This document shows, one piece after another, positions 1-10,115 of a stretch of DNA of 64,000 bases. Source of the stretch: a virus. Taxonomy: Duplodnaviria; Caudoviricetes. Position 1 is the first letter of the stretch; each line of letters opens with the position of its first letter. Made by a program: the position numbers and the translations under genes. The notes beneath the pieces are model-generated. The model was not told the DNA's origin and made no database searches. It saw only the letters and a list, made by a program, of their open reading frames with translations. The DNA lies in the IMG/VR virus record IMGVR_UViG_3300033066_001295, positions 96,001 to 160,000 of that record, one strand, 5' to 3'.

Positions 1-487
1 CGACCGTGTAACCACGGTTGGAAAGTTCAGCGTAGAAGGGAGATTTTGAATTTGGAAAGTCGTAGGCCATGGTAATTAATATATCGAAAGTCAGTGTTTT
101 GTCAATCAATCAATATGTAGAATCGTTTCCAGAGGCACCACTGACTCATTTGAACATTTCTCTGATTCAGCAGATGATCTACTGGTAAACACACGAGCAT
201 TTTGTAGGCTCGAATCATAAGAGCGTTTGCTACCTAATGGAGTCATGAACTTACCATCTTCACGTCTGATAACAAAAAGGTTCATGGTTAGTAATCGAGC
301 CTGAGTTCATCAAACGTCACTGCAAAGGACGGGTAGTTCCTCACCAGAAAACTGCGCAACAGCTTGGCGTTTGCGTTTGAGTTGACCGGTGGCAGAGACA
401 AAAGCTCAGCCGTGTAGGCAGAGAAGGAAGCACGCTCAGCAGCGGCTGATTCACTCTTTGGCTGGTAGCCTTGGTTGTTGAGATCAT

Positions 488-733
488 TCATAGGGCTGCA
501 ACTTGCTGTTCGATTTGCCACTCTTCAAGAGACTGGCCGAAGCGGGTTTCCATGCTGAAGTCAGCCACGAAGTCGGGGGTGAGAAACCCAAGCTCAAGCT
601 GAAGCTTATCGTCAAGGCTCTCCAGCGTGTTGGAACTTGAACTGTCACTGTTGTAACGAGCGACATAGACAGCGTCACGCAGGGCGCGAACTTCGTCGTC
701 AGAGAGGTGGAGGATGATGGTGTTGTTGTTCAT
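488..733 (-). CDS. hypothetical protein
   Basis: 81-aa ORF in the operon downstream of the promoter at 1213-1240. Confidence 0.6.
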   Translation of the reverse strand: MNNNTIILHLSDDEVRALRDAVYVARYNSDSSSSNTLESLDDKLQLELGFLTPDFVADFSMETRFGQSLEEWQIEQQVAAL

Positions 734-755
734 GGTGGTGTAGTGGTGCGAGTTG

Positions 756-1205
756 TTAAGCCAAGACCGGCGCGTTGTTCAGGTAGGCGTCAGGGACGAC
801 AATCTCAGGGTTCTTCTTGAAGAACTCCACGGTCCTCTTGAGGGAGCCGAAGAAGTCGCGGAAGGTGATGTTCTCGACCACCCAGAGGGCGACTTCCTGT
901 GACACCTCGTACCAGCCGAAGCTCTCACAGATGAAGTAGCGACCGTCAACACAAACCACATCTCCACAGGAGAGGGAGCGAAGCTTGAGGCCACAGTGGG
1001 AAGCCCACTCCGTGCCGTCCACATGATTGCACTGACGAAAGATGGTATCAAGAGCTTGCTCTGGAGCCAGACCTTCGATCAGGTTGTCAGGGAAAGCGTA
1101 AGTGAGAGTGACGCCTTCAAGAGCCTCATATGTTGAACCCTTGTGGGCGAGGAGGCAAAGAACTTTAGCGCGAGTGGAACCGGTGGTGGTGTTGGTGGTG
1201 CTCAT
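756..1205 (-). CDS. YodL-like domain protein
   Basis: LDTIFRQCN...RSLSCGDVV...FICESFGW motif; leaderless start 7 nt after the -10 box. Confidence 0.65.
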   Translation of the reverse strand: MSTTNTTTGSTRAKVLCLLAHKGSTYEALEGVTLTYAFPDNLIEGLAPEQALDTIFRQCNHVDGTEWASHCGLKLRSLSCGDVVCVDGRYFICESFGWYEVSQEVALWVVENITFRDFFGSLKRTVEFFKKNPEIVVPDAYLNNAPVLA

Positions 1206-1212
1206 GGAGGTA

Positions 1213-1240
1213 ACTATATCGAGAGTCAGTCAGTTGTCAA
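1213..1240 (-). promoter_or_regulatory. conserved phage promoter TTGACA-N16-TATAGT
   Basis: TTGACAACTGACTGACTCTCGATATAGT, 7 nt before ATG at 1205; motif recurs more than 12 times in the window. Confidence 0.85.
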
Positions 1241-1731
1241 AGAGAAAAGATGTTTTTTGGATAAATTTTCTGTCTCAAATGAAACCCTGACTCTGTGCTG
1301 ACAGTGCGGCGACTCTCTTTGCAGCTTTAATGCTAAAGCCTTCGCCTGTTCCGCGCTCACCTTCGCTCCCCTTGTTGTTGTAAGTGTGCCAGCGGCATGT
1401 ATCAGGGAAAGCCACGGCTGCAATGTGCTTGGTGATGGCATTAACTAATTCCCATCGTTCCGGCAATAATGGCGATGTTGCTGGCTTATGCACCCAGCCA
1501 GTTGTCAACGAGAAAAGATGTTTTTTACTTATTTCGCCCATTAATCCACCCCCATATCTCTTTTCCAAACACGGCCTCTACCGCTGCTTCAAACATCCAA
1601 TGCTCAAAGTCCTCTGTGTGGCCTCTTTTAGCTAAGCAGTCGATATATTCTAAAACTACTGTCTGCAAAGAGCTAAAGTCAGGATTATCAAGGGGCTTAG
1701 GCTTTGTATCAGGTAATTGGTATATTGCGAC

Positions 1732-2031
1732 TCATTCTCCCACCTCCGCAAGTTGGCCTGTGAAACTGCTTCTGCTGATATAGCTGCGACGACCATAGAT
1801 CGAACGCATCTGTGACAGGTGGTTCGGGTGGACTCCGACAAACTCTTCTTCTGGAGCCTCTTCTTCAACCACCTCTGGGAGATTGTCCTCCGGTGTGTCT
1901 TCACCGAAAATGTCATCCTCGTCTTTCACCTTCGGCTCTTCACCGAAAAGGTCCAACTTTCTCTTCCGGCTATCCAGAACTTTAGTGTACTCTTCGAGCC
2001 AATCTTCGTGTGGAATAGTGATTTTGGTCAT
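1732..2031 (-). CDS. acidic hypothetical protein
   Basis: 99-aa ORF directly after the promoter at 2039-2066. Confidence 0.65.
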   Translation of the reverse strand: MTKITIPHEDWLEEYTKVLDSRKRKLDLFGEEPKVKDEDDIFGEDTPEDNLPEVVEEEAPEEEFVGVHPNHLSQMRSIYGRRSYISRSSFTGQLAEVGE

Positions 2032-2038
2032 GGAGCCG

Positions 2039-2066
2039 ACTATATCGAAAGTCGGTCATCTGTCAA
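2039..2066 (-). promoter_or_regulatory. conserved phage promoter
   Basis: TTGACAGATGACCGACTTTCGATATAGT, 7 nt before ATG at 2031. Confidence 0.8.
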
Positions 2067-2075
2067 ACAGAAATA

Positions 2076-2450
2076 TCAAATATCGAGTAAATCTACAACA
2101 CTGCCAGCCAGTTCATGGGAGCAATCATCAAGAAATTGAACTTTCCCGTCGTTCACCCATGTATGGCAAATAATCCAGTCGATGTCCAGAGTCTCGCCTG
2201 CCATTGCCTTGGCATACTCTTCATTTGTCATGTCTCTCACTTTCTTTGTGAGGATGCTCGGTCGAAGTGTTGGCTTCTCTATATCACCATTCCACGTCCA
2301 GCTATTTGTGCCTTCACGTTGACCTTTGAGAATAACAGGAAGTATTCGTTGAGGGATTGGACCGGGCATCTTCAATTCCACAAAGGAGGCCTCTTCTGGA
2401 GGGCACTCAACCCACTCACCATTTTCACGCCTGACTGGTTTAGCTTTCAT
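2076..2450 (-). CDS. DUF6527-like protein
   Basis: WTWNGDIEKPTLRPSIL...CHTWVNDGKVQFLDDCSHELAG. Confidence 0.65.
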   Translation of the reverse strand: MKAKPVRRENGEWVECPPEEASFVELKMPGPIPQRILPVILKGQREGTNSWTWNGDIEKPTLRPSILTKKVRDMTNEEYAKAMAGETLDIDWIICHTWVNDGKVQFLDDCSHELAGSVVDLLDI

Positions 2451-2680
2451 GACTAAAGTTCATATAGAATATCATTCCAGTAGGTCCATCCAATGGTTGA
2501 ACCTTCACCAGTTCTGCTGCTATTAGTTCCGGGTAAACTTCCCTGATAATGCAGGAAAAGTAGCCTCTACGAAGTTTAGTTGCAACCACTTCAGGGCATG
2601 TGGCAATAGCTATCGAGGCTATTAGTGAACCAAAGAATCTTCGAGGCTATTAGTGAACCAAAGAATCTTCGTCTTGTCAT
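2440..2680 (-). pseudogene. Tat-signal + gp23-like segment protein, frameshifted by a 28-bp tandem duplication
   Basis: removing one 28-bp copy restores a 70-aa ORF: MTRRRFFGSLIASIAIATCPEVVATKLRRGYFSCIIREVYPELIAAELVKVQPLDGPTGMIFYMNFSHES. Confidence 0.75.
2613..2668. repeat. 28-bp perfect tandem duplication
   Basis: tcgaggctattagtgaaccaaagaatct x2. Confidence 0.95.
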
Positions 2681-3258
2681 TCTATCAGATGTTGAACAGT
2701 TCCATGGAGTGGTCCAAAAAAACAGGGAACCCAATCGGACAGGCTGTTTGACATGACAGGTCTTCCGCCGCTGTCACGATCTACAATAGCTGTGACGTGA
2801 GGTACTTTATTGGTGCTATCATCAGCACCCTCGACTTTGAAAGCTGCCACAAGGCCATTACTGGAACGTGCTGACACATTGAGGCTTCTCCTCTGACCGG
2901 CAGTGCCTATGTGGTCTCCAAAGGTAAGTGTGCAGTGGTGGCAGACAAGTTCCCCCTTCATTTGAGGGAAGCACTTTGAGGCATATGCCTTCAAAGCCTG
3001 CTGTGAGGCATCATCGAGAACAATGGCTGTCCATTTCTTGCCCTCAAATAACCTTGAAACATCACACCCTCTCTGCTGAAATAGACTTAAAGTTATACCA
3101 CACCAAAGCTACAGGCCAGAAAAGAGTGTTGACGATGGCGTTTAGAGAAACAAAAAACGCTGGCATACGTGTCTTCTGGGCGATGCTCACAATCTCCTTT
3201 GAATGACAGATAAGCCAGATAAGGCCTGTTATAAAGTATGCTTGAGCAAGTACTAATG

Positions 3259-3600
3259 TCATATTTTCAGAGTTTTGAGTGATTTTTCTATAGCGTCAGC
3301 GTAAGGCTTGAACATGACACCACTGTAGAAATGACCGGGGTATCCGATCTTGGCCTTCTTGGTTTCCACGAGTGTGATAAACTCAACAGCCTGACTCTCG
3401 CTGAAATGGTTGAAGTACACCTTGGTCGTGCTGTCGATGTACATCTTGTAGTTCTTGTCAGTTGGAATGATCTCAGAACCGGCCTTGATTTTCTCAAGAG
3501 CTATGGAAGGCTTTAGTCCTCCGCAATGTGAGCAGGTGTCATCGTCACGCCAGTGAGCACCTTCACATCTCCACCAAAAAGTATCTTTTTCTTCAGGCAT
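3259..3600 (-). CDS. hypothetical protein (CSHCG motif)
   Basis: 113-aa ORF with TCSHCGGL...DKNYKMY motifs. Confidence 0.6.
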   Translation of the reverse strand: MPEEKDTFWWRCEGAHWRDDDTCSHCGGLKPSIALEKIKAGSEIIPTDKNYKMYIDSTTKVYFNHFSESQAVEFITLVETKKAKIGYPGHFYSGVMFKPYADAIEKSLKTLKI

Positions 3601-3671
3601 CGGAGCTAAATTACATTGATTTCAATCTGTGCCAAGACAAAGTTATAAAGTCAGCGAAAATAACTACCGAC

Positions 3672-4118
3672 ATGACAACATTTTCACCAGATGTGCTAAA
3701 ATCAGCAGCGTTTTACGCTGGCTTTGTCTTTCCAAAAAACTGTTTCATCCCACTAGACAATGCATACGCCTGTGTCGATGACAGCGAGGCCATGAAGTTT
3801 GCTGCTGAGTGTGCGGCCCAGTCTCAGTTTATTCTCAAGCTATGGACCGAAGAGAGGAAGGACTGTGACAAGTTCTCCCGTCTCACTCAAGCTGTAGCCA
3901 TGATGGCTCATGCTCTTCAGTCAAACAGCAAGGCAGGTCTCGCTGTTGGTGTGCTTGGCTATACCCGCGATGATGGTGAACGTCATTCAGTCAATGCCAT
4001 CTTTGGCAAAGTGAGGGGGAAGACGGAGGTAACCATCCGTGTGTTTGAACCTCAGACCGGAGAAGAGCTTTTCCTCTCCGACAAGGAAAAAGAAAGCTGC
4101 CTTCACCTACTAATCTGA
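3672..4118 (+). CDS. transglutaminase/papain-like cysteine protease-fold protein
   Basis: DCDKFS...HSVN...FEPQTG motif pattern; start assumed at MTTFS. Confidence 0.55.
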   Translation: MTTFSPDVLKSAAFYAGFVFPKNCFIPLDNAYACVDDSEAMKFAAECAAQSQFILKLWTEERKDCDKFSRLTQAVAMMAHALQSNSKAGLAVGVLGYTRDDGERHSVNAIFGKVRGKTEVTIRVFEPQTGEELFLSDKEKESCLHLLI

Positions 4119-4225
4119 ATAGGGCACTGAAGGTAATGTTATAGTGACCTTCTGAGGTGAAGGTTCAGCCTTCTTTGACTGACAAGAAGGCAACGACAGA
4201 AGCAGAGCAATAACAGCGAGGTATT

Positions 4226-4774
4226 TCATGCAAGTGTAAGGTTAGCGTCTGGGAAATAGCTTGGTAGGTCACCCCACAACCCAAATGTCTTCAGGATAGC
4301 CTCGGCTTTTTGGGCGGCAGTGGCAGTAATGAAAACATCAATGTGGTTGTATAGCCCTGTCATGTTACGGAGGTGTATGAAGTACACGTCTCTGTCACTA
4401 GCTCCAACCCTCAGTTGATCTCCAGTGTAAATATCAAACTCAGAGGTAACAATGGGCCTCTCTGAAGACAGAAGTTTTTCAACCTCGGAGATACTATCAA
4501 GACTTGAGGTGTATCTTGGGCCATTATAATGTCTGATTTGATTTTCAGTGAGGAAACCTTCGGCAACGTGCATGTCATCAAGTGATCTGACATAGTTTGG
4601 TATCGGACCCATTCCCGTACCCTCTGTATGCCACGGCTGACCATCAAATAATTCTGGGTGCTCTTTGATGTCAAACATACCAAAGGGCTGCCCGCTGTAC
4701 AAGTTTGGGTTAACGCCCACACTGCTCCAGCCACAGCACTCGGCAATAGCCATGTTTTGTTCAACTTCCGTCAT
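4226..4774 (-). CDS. phage paralog family protein (ABA-sandwich-like), copy 1
   Basis: IAECCGW...PNYVRSLDDMHVAE...ATAAQKAEAILKTFGLW, shared with ORFs at 22380, 22714 and 24648. Confidence 0.6.
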   Translation of the reverse strand: MTEVEQNMAIAECCGWSSVGVNPNLYSGQPFGMFDIKEHPELFDGQPWHTEGTGMGPIPNYVRSLDDMHVAEGFLTENQIRHYNGPRYTSSLDSISEVEKLLSSERPIVTSEFDIYTGDQLRVGASDRDVYFIHLRNMTGLYNHIDVFITATAAQKAEAILKTFGLWGDLPSYFPDANLTLA

Positions 4775-5030
4775 AGTTGTTCTTGTTAGCACCTCTTGAT
4801 CCAGCTATCCAGCCACTTTCCCAAAAGTTGGCCAGTATCATTTCAACATCACCACCGCCCATACCATAATTGAGCATGATGTTACGGCAGCGGTGGTAGT
4901 ATTCTGAATCGGTGAAGGCGAGCCAGTCCTTGTGCCACGGTGATCCGTCACAAGTTGTTCCTGAGAACTCCAGCTTGATAGGTGGAACTGGAACTTGGTT
5001 TTTATCGTTGGAACAGTCACTCATTGACAT

Positions 5031-5945
5031 TCATCGAGGTGCGTTCACCATGACTGGATCAATCCAGATGGTTTTGATACTGACGTTGCCCTTACCATAG
5101 TGCTGTTCTCGATAGTGGCCAATGCGCCAGTGGGTTTCAGGAGAAGCATGGGTGCCTGTCACTTCTGATTGAAGAGCGTACCTTCGTCCCAAAAACCTTG
5201 GTGTCCAGAACTCCCTTTGACCATGTTTACCCTTCACCCTCTTGATGAAGGACGCCTCCTCTACATTCTCGGGTCGCAGGTGAAACAACATCACCAGTTG
5301 TAATAGGAGGGGGATAAGCTGTCCTTGAGTGAACACAGTCACCTTGGCAGGGTCTTCACCAATATCCCATTTTGACTTGTGTGTTTCAATTTTCGATTCG
5401 AGGTCAATAACACCATCCTCAATAGGGATGAAGGCATACCAGTTGGTCTGGCTGGTTACTGATGTGGCAGTGCAGAGAAGACGATCCTCCTTTGAGTGTG
5501 ACTGCAAGCCTATGCCAAGATTGAGCAGGTCTCCGGGTGATACAATGGAGATGGACATCACCGCCACATCTTCACCATCATCACCTTTCAAAACACCTTT
5601 AGGGAGAACGAAATGAATACATGGAAAACCAAGTTTTACTTCATTGCGATCCCAATACTTCGGTGGGGTTGTCTTGAGCAGTGCCTTGAGGATATTGGGT
5701 GAGACAAGATAGAAGGGGTAGTCACACTTCTCCGCCATCATAGTGGAGACATAGGCTGGCAGTGCTTCCTCCTTCAGTGAAGGATCAATCTTCAAGATTT
5801 GTGGCACAGCAAAGCCATCAGCGAACACCTGCCTCAGAGAAGTGAGGGAGTGATACTCAGGAGGGAATTCAAAGGTCTTGTGGCACCATCGGTCGAAAGA
5901 CTTGATAGTCTTGCGTGCTGAGTCAATGAGGGCTTCTGGCTTCAT
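5031..5945 (-). CDS. conserved phage hypothetical protein
   Basis: 304 aa; C-terminal SPETHWRIGHYREQHYG...WIDPVMVN motif. Confidence 0.7.
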   Translation of the reverse strand: MKPEALIDSARKTIKSFDRWCHKTFEFPPEYHSLTSLRQVFADGFAVPQILKIDPSLKEEALPAYVSTMMAEKCDYPFYLVSPNILKALLKTTPPKYWDRNEVKLGFPCIHFVLPKGVLKGDDGEDVAVMSISIVSPGDLLNLGIGLQSHSKEDRLLCTATSVTSQTNWYAFIPIEDGVIDLESKIETHKSKWDIGEDPAKVTVFTQGQLIPLLLQLVMLFHLRPENVEEASFIKRVKGKHGQREFWTPRFLGRRYALQSEVTGTHASPETHWRIGHYREQHYGKGNVSIKTIWIDPVMVNAPR

Positions 5946-5946
5946 G

Positions 5947-6297
5947 TTAGAAGACGTTAGCGCGAAGGTACTCGTTAGTTGCCCTGTAGAGCTTCAGTTC
6001 AACATCAGGTGGCAGCAATCCAGCAGCAACGGCAACATTGATAAACTGAAGCTGGATGCAGACTTTTTGTTCCGTACCGATAAGCCCGCTGAGCTTTTTA
6101 AGGCTCTCTCTCACCTCTGGAGGCACTGGAAGTCCTTCAGTAGGGTCTCCTGAAAAGGCCTCATTCACCATGTTCACGAAGGTGAGACCGGGGTCACTTG
6201 CTACCAGAACCGCAGGCAGGATTTCCTGTAGCATCTTGGCGATGGCAACTTTCTTCAGTCGCCCAATTTTGTTCCTTAGTTCGTCGGGTATTTGCAT
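5947..6297 (-). CDS. hypothetical protein
   Basis: 116-aa ORF abutting the next gene. Confidence 0.6.
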   Translation of the reverse strand: MQIPDELRNKIGRLKKVAIAKMLQEILPAVLVASDPGLTFVNMVNEAFSGDPTEGLPVPPEVRESLKKLSGLIGTEQKVCIQLQFINVAVAAGLLPPDVELKLYRATNEYLRANVF

Positions 6298-6554
6298 TTT
6301 GAAATCTAGGCTATATCAGTTTGTTGTCAATTTTCTTCTGCTTGAAACCCAAAAACTTTGATCCTCCTGAACTTCCTCACTGTGTTGTCTAAAGTCCTGT
6401 CCACAGTTACCACACGCCACTTTTTTACCATTCATGGTTTTGCAAGTAGGGCATCTAGCAGACTGGCTCCAGCCAAAACCTGTAGGCCGGAAAATAAACC
6501 CTTTGCCTTCGCAGTCAGGGCAATCAACCAACTTCCATAGTGGGGTTGAGCACA

Positions 6555-7067
6555 TCAGTAACAAAACCACCCTCCACACTTTTTGCACCTCACGCCACTG
6601 TAGCAAGTCGGGTCGGCCTCATGATCACAGTTGGGGTCGGCGTCATAAAGCTTAGTGTGAGCAAACTGGTTGAATGACTTAGACTTGACCACAGGATCAT
6701 GTGTCAGTTCATTGGCCACTTTGGCTGCGTCGCTGTACTTCTCGTCACACTCATCACAAAGCCACACAAACTGAGTGATACCTAGCAAAGGCCCGACTGG
6801 TAACTTGCTAGTAAATGGGCCTGTAGTAATAACAGGTTTAGGCCCACTGCTACTACTGCTAAACACTCCCGGTAAATCTGCACCTATGTCGTGCCCATCG
6901 GCATCGACACACTTGCCCATCCAGTCCCAAAACTCATCCTTGTCACGAGAGGGGCAGTCACCAACATCAACTACTGGGGTGGCAGCTTTCTGAGCTTCCT
7001 TGGAAGCTTTCAGTTCATTAGCTACAGAGATAGCAGAACTTAGGGGATATGATGAGGAGCAACCCAT
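6555..7067 (-). CDS. Cys-rich hypothetical protein
   Basis: C-terminal LYDADPNCDH...GVRCKKCGGWFCY; PSRDKDEFWDWMG motif shared with ORF 61150-61488. Confidence 0.6.
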   Translation of the reverse strand: MGCSSSYPLSSAISVANELKASKEAQKAATPVVDVGDCPSRDKDEFWDWMGKCVDADGHDIGADLPGVFSSSSSGPKPVITTGPFTSKLPVGPLLGITQFVWLCDECDEKYSDAAKVANELTHDPVVKSKSFNQFAHTKLYDADPNCDHEADPTCYSGVRCKKCGGWFCY

Positions 7068-7068
7068 A

Positions 7069-7458
7069 TCAGGAATCAGTTTTGATTGAGTAGTAAGGCA
7101 TCCCACCGGGTAGCAAACCCCACATGGGTCGAGGCATCAGGCACTCAACTTGACCTGAAGCTGCCCCAAGAACAAAAAGCTCATCCATGTTCTTGTGTTC
7201 ACCCCAATGTGTACCGTCACGTGTGTAACAGGCATTGAGGAAACTCCATCCGCCGCCTTTGTTGGCAAAGAATTTATCAGGCAGGCAACCGAGCATTTCT
7301 TTGATCTCCTGCTTGTGAGATGCAAGCCTCTCCGGGTGGAAGCCGAATCGGCCAAGGATACCATCCACAATGACAGCTTTCGATTTGTCCTCATCCGCCT
7401 TGAACAAGGAATCGAGGAACACTCTGGTTACGTTTTCAATTGTTAGCTCGGTAGGCAT
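7069..7458 (-). CDS. conserved phage hypothetical protein
   Basis: GGGWSFLNAC...WGEH...LPGGMPY motifs. Confidence 0.65.
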   Translation of the reverse strand: MPTELTIENVTRVFLDSLFKADEDKSKAVIVDGILGRFGFHPERLASHKQEIKEMLGCLPDKFFANKGGGWSFLNACYTRDGTHWGEHKNMDELFVLGAASGQVECLMPRPMWGLLPGGMPYYSIKTDS

Positions 7459-7868
7459 ACGTCTTCTTCCCCCATTTTCTCAAGGATGTTCACAGCTATC
7501 TTTTTTGGGCAATCTTTCGTTGGGATAGGTTCGAGCCACAGGCCTTCGACCTTATCAAGCGACTCAGACTTGAAGCCAAAACCCTTCATAAACAGAAGGA
7601 CAATGGTAGGGTCTGGTGCTTCACCGTCATCATTCACACTGACTGACAGGTGCCGACACATTCCGAAAGGCTGCTCCTCAACGGTAAGGACACAACGGAA
7701 GTCACCAACACTCAGTTGATAGCCTTCCATGTCTCCGGGTGGTGGCTTGGTTCCTGCCATCATTTTCTTGAGATCATTCAGGCTGAAAGGATGTTCAGTG
7801 GCGAATGCTACCAGCTTCTTGATCGACTCTCTGGTAGCTTGATTGATGATTAGGGTGCAGAGCTTCAT
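7443..7868 (-). CDS. hypothetical protein (RHLSVS family)
   Basis: 141-aa ORF with RHLSVSV...P motif. Confidence 0.6.
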   Translation of the reverse strand: MKLCTLIINQATRESIKKLVAFATEHPFSLNDLKKMMAGTKPPPGDMEGYQLSVGDFRCVLTVEEQPFGMCRHLSVSVNDDGEAPDPTIVLLFMKGFGFKSESLDKVEGLWLEPIPTKDCPKKIAVNILEKMGEEDVCLPS

Positions 7869-7946
7869 GAATAGCTGATTTGATTGTGTAGGTGATAAGG
7901 TTTACAGCAATGACAACAGCCACGATTATAGCGACTTGTTTTAGTG

Positions 7947-8345
7947 TCATACAAAGAGTTTAGGTGGTGTCGGTATCGGTTGGTTTACAGGCCTCCAAAG
8001 GTGGAGGACATAAGGGTGGTTGTTAACATAATCAGCTTCTTTGGGGTGAAGCTGCATAACACACTCATCCTTCTCAAAAAACAAATCTTTCAGATAGCAC
8101 ATCTCTTCCCACGTCGGACAGCGCATTTGTGTCTTGCCGTCCTTGATAGCTCTGGCATGGACGGAAACATGATCCCACCCTGATAGTGAGCCATCACTGG
8201 CAATGATCACAAAATAGGAGTTGTAGCGTTCACGCTCCCTCTTGTCGAAGTGAGGCACATAGAATATCCCAAAAGGGTCACCCACTTTAGATGGGTATGG
8301 CTCCTGTTTGCGCCACTGTTCGAGATGTGAAAAAGATTTCCTCAC
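7947..8345 (-). CDS. DUF7694-like phage protein
   Basis: GWDHVSV...RCPTWEEMCYLKDLFF...QLHPKEADYVNNHPYVLHLWRP. Confidence 0.7.
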   Translation of the reverse strand: MRKSFSHLEQWRKQEPYPSKVGDPFGIFYVPHFDKRERERYNSYFVIIASDGSLSGWDHVSVHARAIKDGKTQMRCPTWEEMCYLKDLFFEKDECVMQLHPKEADYVNNHPYVLHLWRPVNQPIPTPPKLFV

Positions 8346-8383
8346 GGGTGATAATATATCAAGGGTTGATTGACAGGCAACTG

Positions 8384-8806
8384 TTATTTCCTCATCTGCA
8401 AAAGTTTGAGCAGGATGTCATTTGCCTCTTGAGAACCATCGTGCTTGTCAGGGTGACAGAGCTTGATCAGAATTTTGATTTCTGCTTTGCTGAACTGGTT
8501 GCTGCTACCATTCAAAAAATCCATGCCACCTTTGGCGTTGATCTGCCTGACAAGGTCATTCCATTGTGTGAGAACCTTTTGATAATCAAGCTGAACTTTG
8601 AGCAACTCGCCCCAAGGGCTTCTGTTCACCTTCCTTTGAAGGTCAGAGTTTTCATCCGTGAGCTTGTCACACTTGCTCTGAAGCTTGCTCTTAGCTGCCT
8701 CAGCTTTAACAAGCTTGACAGTCATGAGACAAAGCTCACCATGAAGCTTTACCCTGCTCTTGAAGAGGTTGAGGGCACTAAGGAGATGGGAGAATAATGT
8801 CATCAA
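8384..8806 (-). CDS. coiled-coil protein with C-terminal J-domain-like HPD motif
   Basis: LIKLCHPDKHDGSQEANDIL. Confidence 0.6.
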   Translation of the reverse strand: MMTLFSHLLSALNLFKSRVKLHGELCLMTVKLVKAEAAKSKLQSKCDKLTDENSDLQRKVNRSPWGELLKVQLDYQKVLTQWNDLVRQINAKGGMDFLNGSSNQFSKAEIKILIKLCHPDKHDGSQEANDILLKLLQMRK

Positions 8807-9164
8807 ACCAAAGGCTCATGAGCCACGCTACGGCGGCTTCCTTGTGTTCGTGTGCCGGGTCCCAGCTACTTTGAATTGAAGTGAGGTGGTTTATAGCGTG
8901 ATCGAGTTCAATCCCAGCTTTAGGTTCAAACTCAGCACCCTTCAGCCCTTTGAAGAACCATGTGGATTGAATCTTGTTCCACTTGCCGTTGAAGGTGTTG
9001 TTCTTGAACTCATCAGGGATTTCGTCCCATCCGGGCATGACTGGTCTGTAGTTGTTAGCCCTCTCACCCTCCTTGACTTCTTGAGGTGTAGCTGGCTTGT
9101 TCCAGCGATCTGGGTCACCCACCTTGTAGGTGGTGTTATTTCTGTCTCTTGGGTTTATTGCCAT
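8778..9164 (-). CDS. hypothetical protein
   Basis: 128-aa ORF with WFFKG...SWDPAHEHKEAAVAWL motifs. Confidence 0.6.
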   Translation of the reverse strand: MAINPRDRNNTTYKVGDPDRWNKPATPQEVKEGERANNYRPVMPGWDEIPDEFKNNTFNGKWNKIQSTWFFKGLKGAEFEPKAGIELDHAINHLTSIQSSWDPAHEHKEAAVAWLMSLWFDDIILPSP

Positions 9165-9440
9165 GTTGTTTTTTGAGAAGAAGTGTTGAACGTCTTTCGA
9201 TTTTCTTGAAAGTCTTTAGGGCTTTCACCCACTCTTTACGCGAAATGTTATTTACAAAGTCATGGCCAAGTGCTGACAACAATGTGTCTTCAGGTTTCCC
9301 GTCTTCATCTCTTGGAAGCTTTTTGCATAGCTGACCACAGGCACAAGTAGGCCACTTAGAAGCAAGGTCCAAAAGCCTCTGATACTTCAGTATCGTTATG
9401 CTCTTCGAGACAGCCAGCTTTGCAAGAGTGGTGAGCCAGT

Positions 9441-10079
9441 TCATACAAACTTGAGATTTTTGGTCACGTATTCCTGTGAGTTGCCCCACACTTCGTCCTT
9501 CTTGCCGATGATGACATAGTCAGGGAACTTCGCACCCTTGTTGACCCCTTCGAGCGTGTGAATGTCAACTTCCACACCTTCAGGTATCTGGACGAGTTGA
9601 AACGTCTCTTTCTTGGCATACTCACCTTCAGCCACCTGCTCGTAGGTCTGATCGAAGATGTCCTTCTTGCAGGGGTACTCATAGCCGCCTGACTGGATGA
9701 TGATGTCACTGTCAGGGTTTGACACAAGTTCAGAGTCCTGCCAATCAACCTTGAACCTCTCAACACCATTGCTTGGCCTGATTTTGACCGTGGAAACTTT
9801 TTTTGCCGTAAGGACCTTCCAGTCAGAAGGAATATCACTTTTTGATTTGAGGATCATGTGTTTGATTTTTGGTTTGTTTTTCCCTTGCCACTTCAGAACG
9901 TCATCCCGGACAAGCTCATCAGTGTCGGGGAAATACGTGTAGTCCTCCCCGTTGAACCTGATGCCACCGTAGTGTCTGGCAATGCTGAACTGTGAGGTGC
10001 TCACTGATGTAACACCAAAAGGTGCTTTCCTGCTTAGAGGGCAATCTTCAAGTCCAGAAAGACGGGTTTTAGATGGCAT
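9441..10079 (-). CDS. hypothetical protein (PGDYG-like beta-barrel repeats)
   Basis: YPCKKDIFDQTYE and HTLEG...DYVIIGKKDEVW motifs; promoter-like element just upstream. Confidence 0.55.
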   Translation of the reverse strand: MPSKTRLSGLEDCPLSRKAPFGVTSVSTSQFSIARHYGGIRFNGEDYTYFPDTDELVRDDVLKWQGKNKPKIKHMILKSKSDIPSDWKVLTAKKVSTVKIRPSNGVERFKVDWQDSELVSNPDSDIIIQSGGYEYPCKKDIFDQTYEQVAEGEYAKKETFQLVQIPEGVEVDIHTLEGVNKGAKFPDYVIIGKKDEVWGNSQEYVTKNLKFV

Positions 10080-10115
10080 GTGACACTATAACGAAAGAAG
10101 ACCTGTTGTAAAGTT

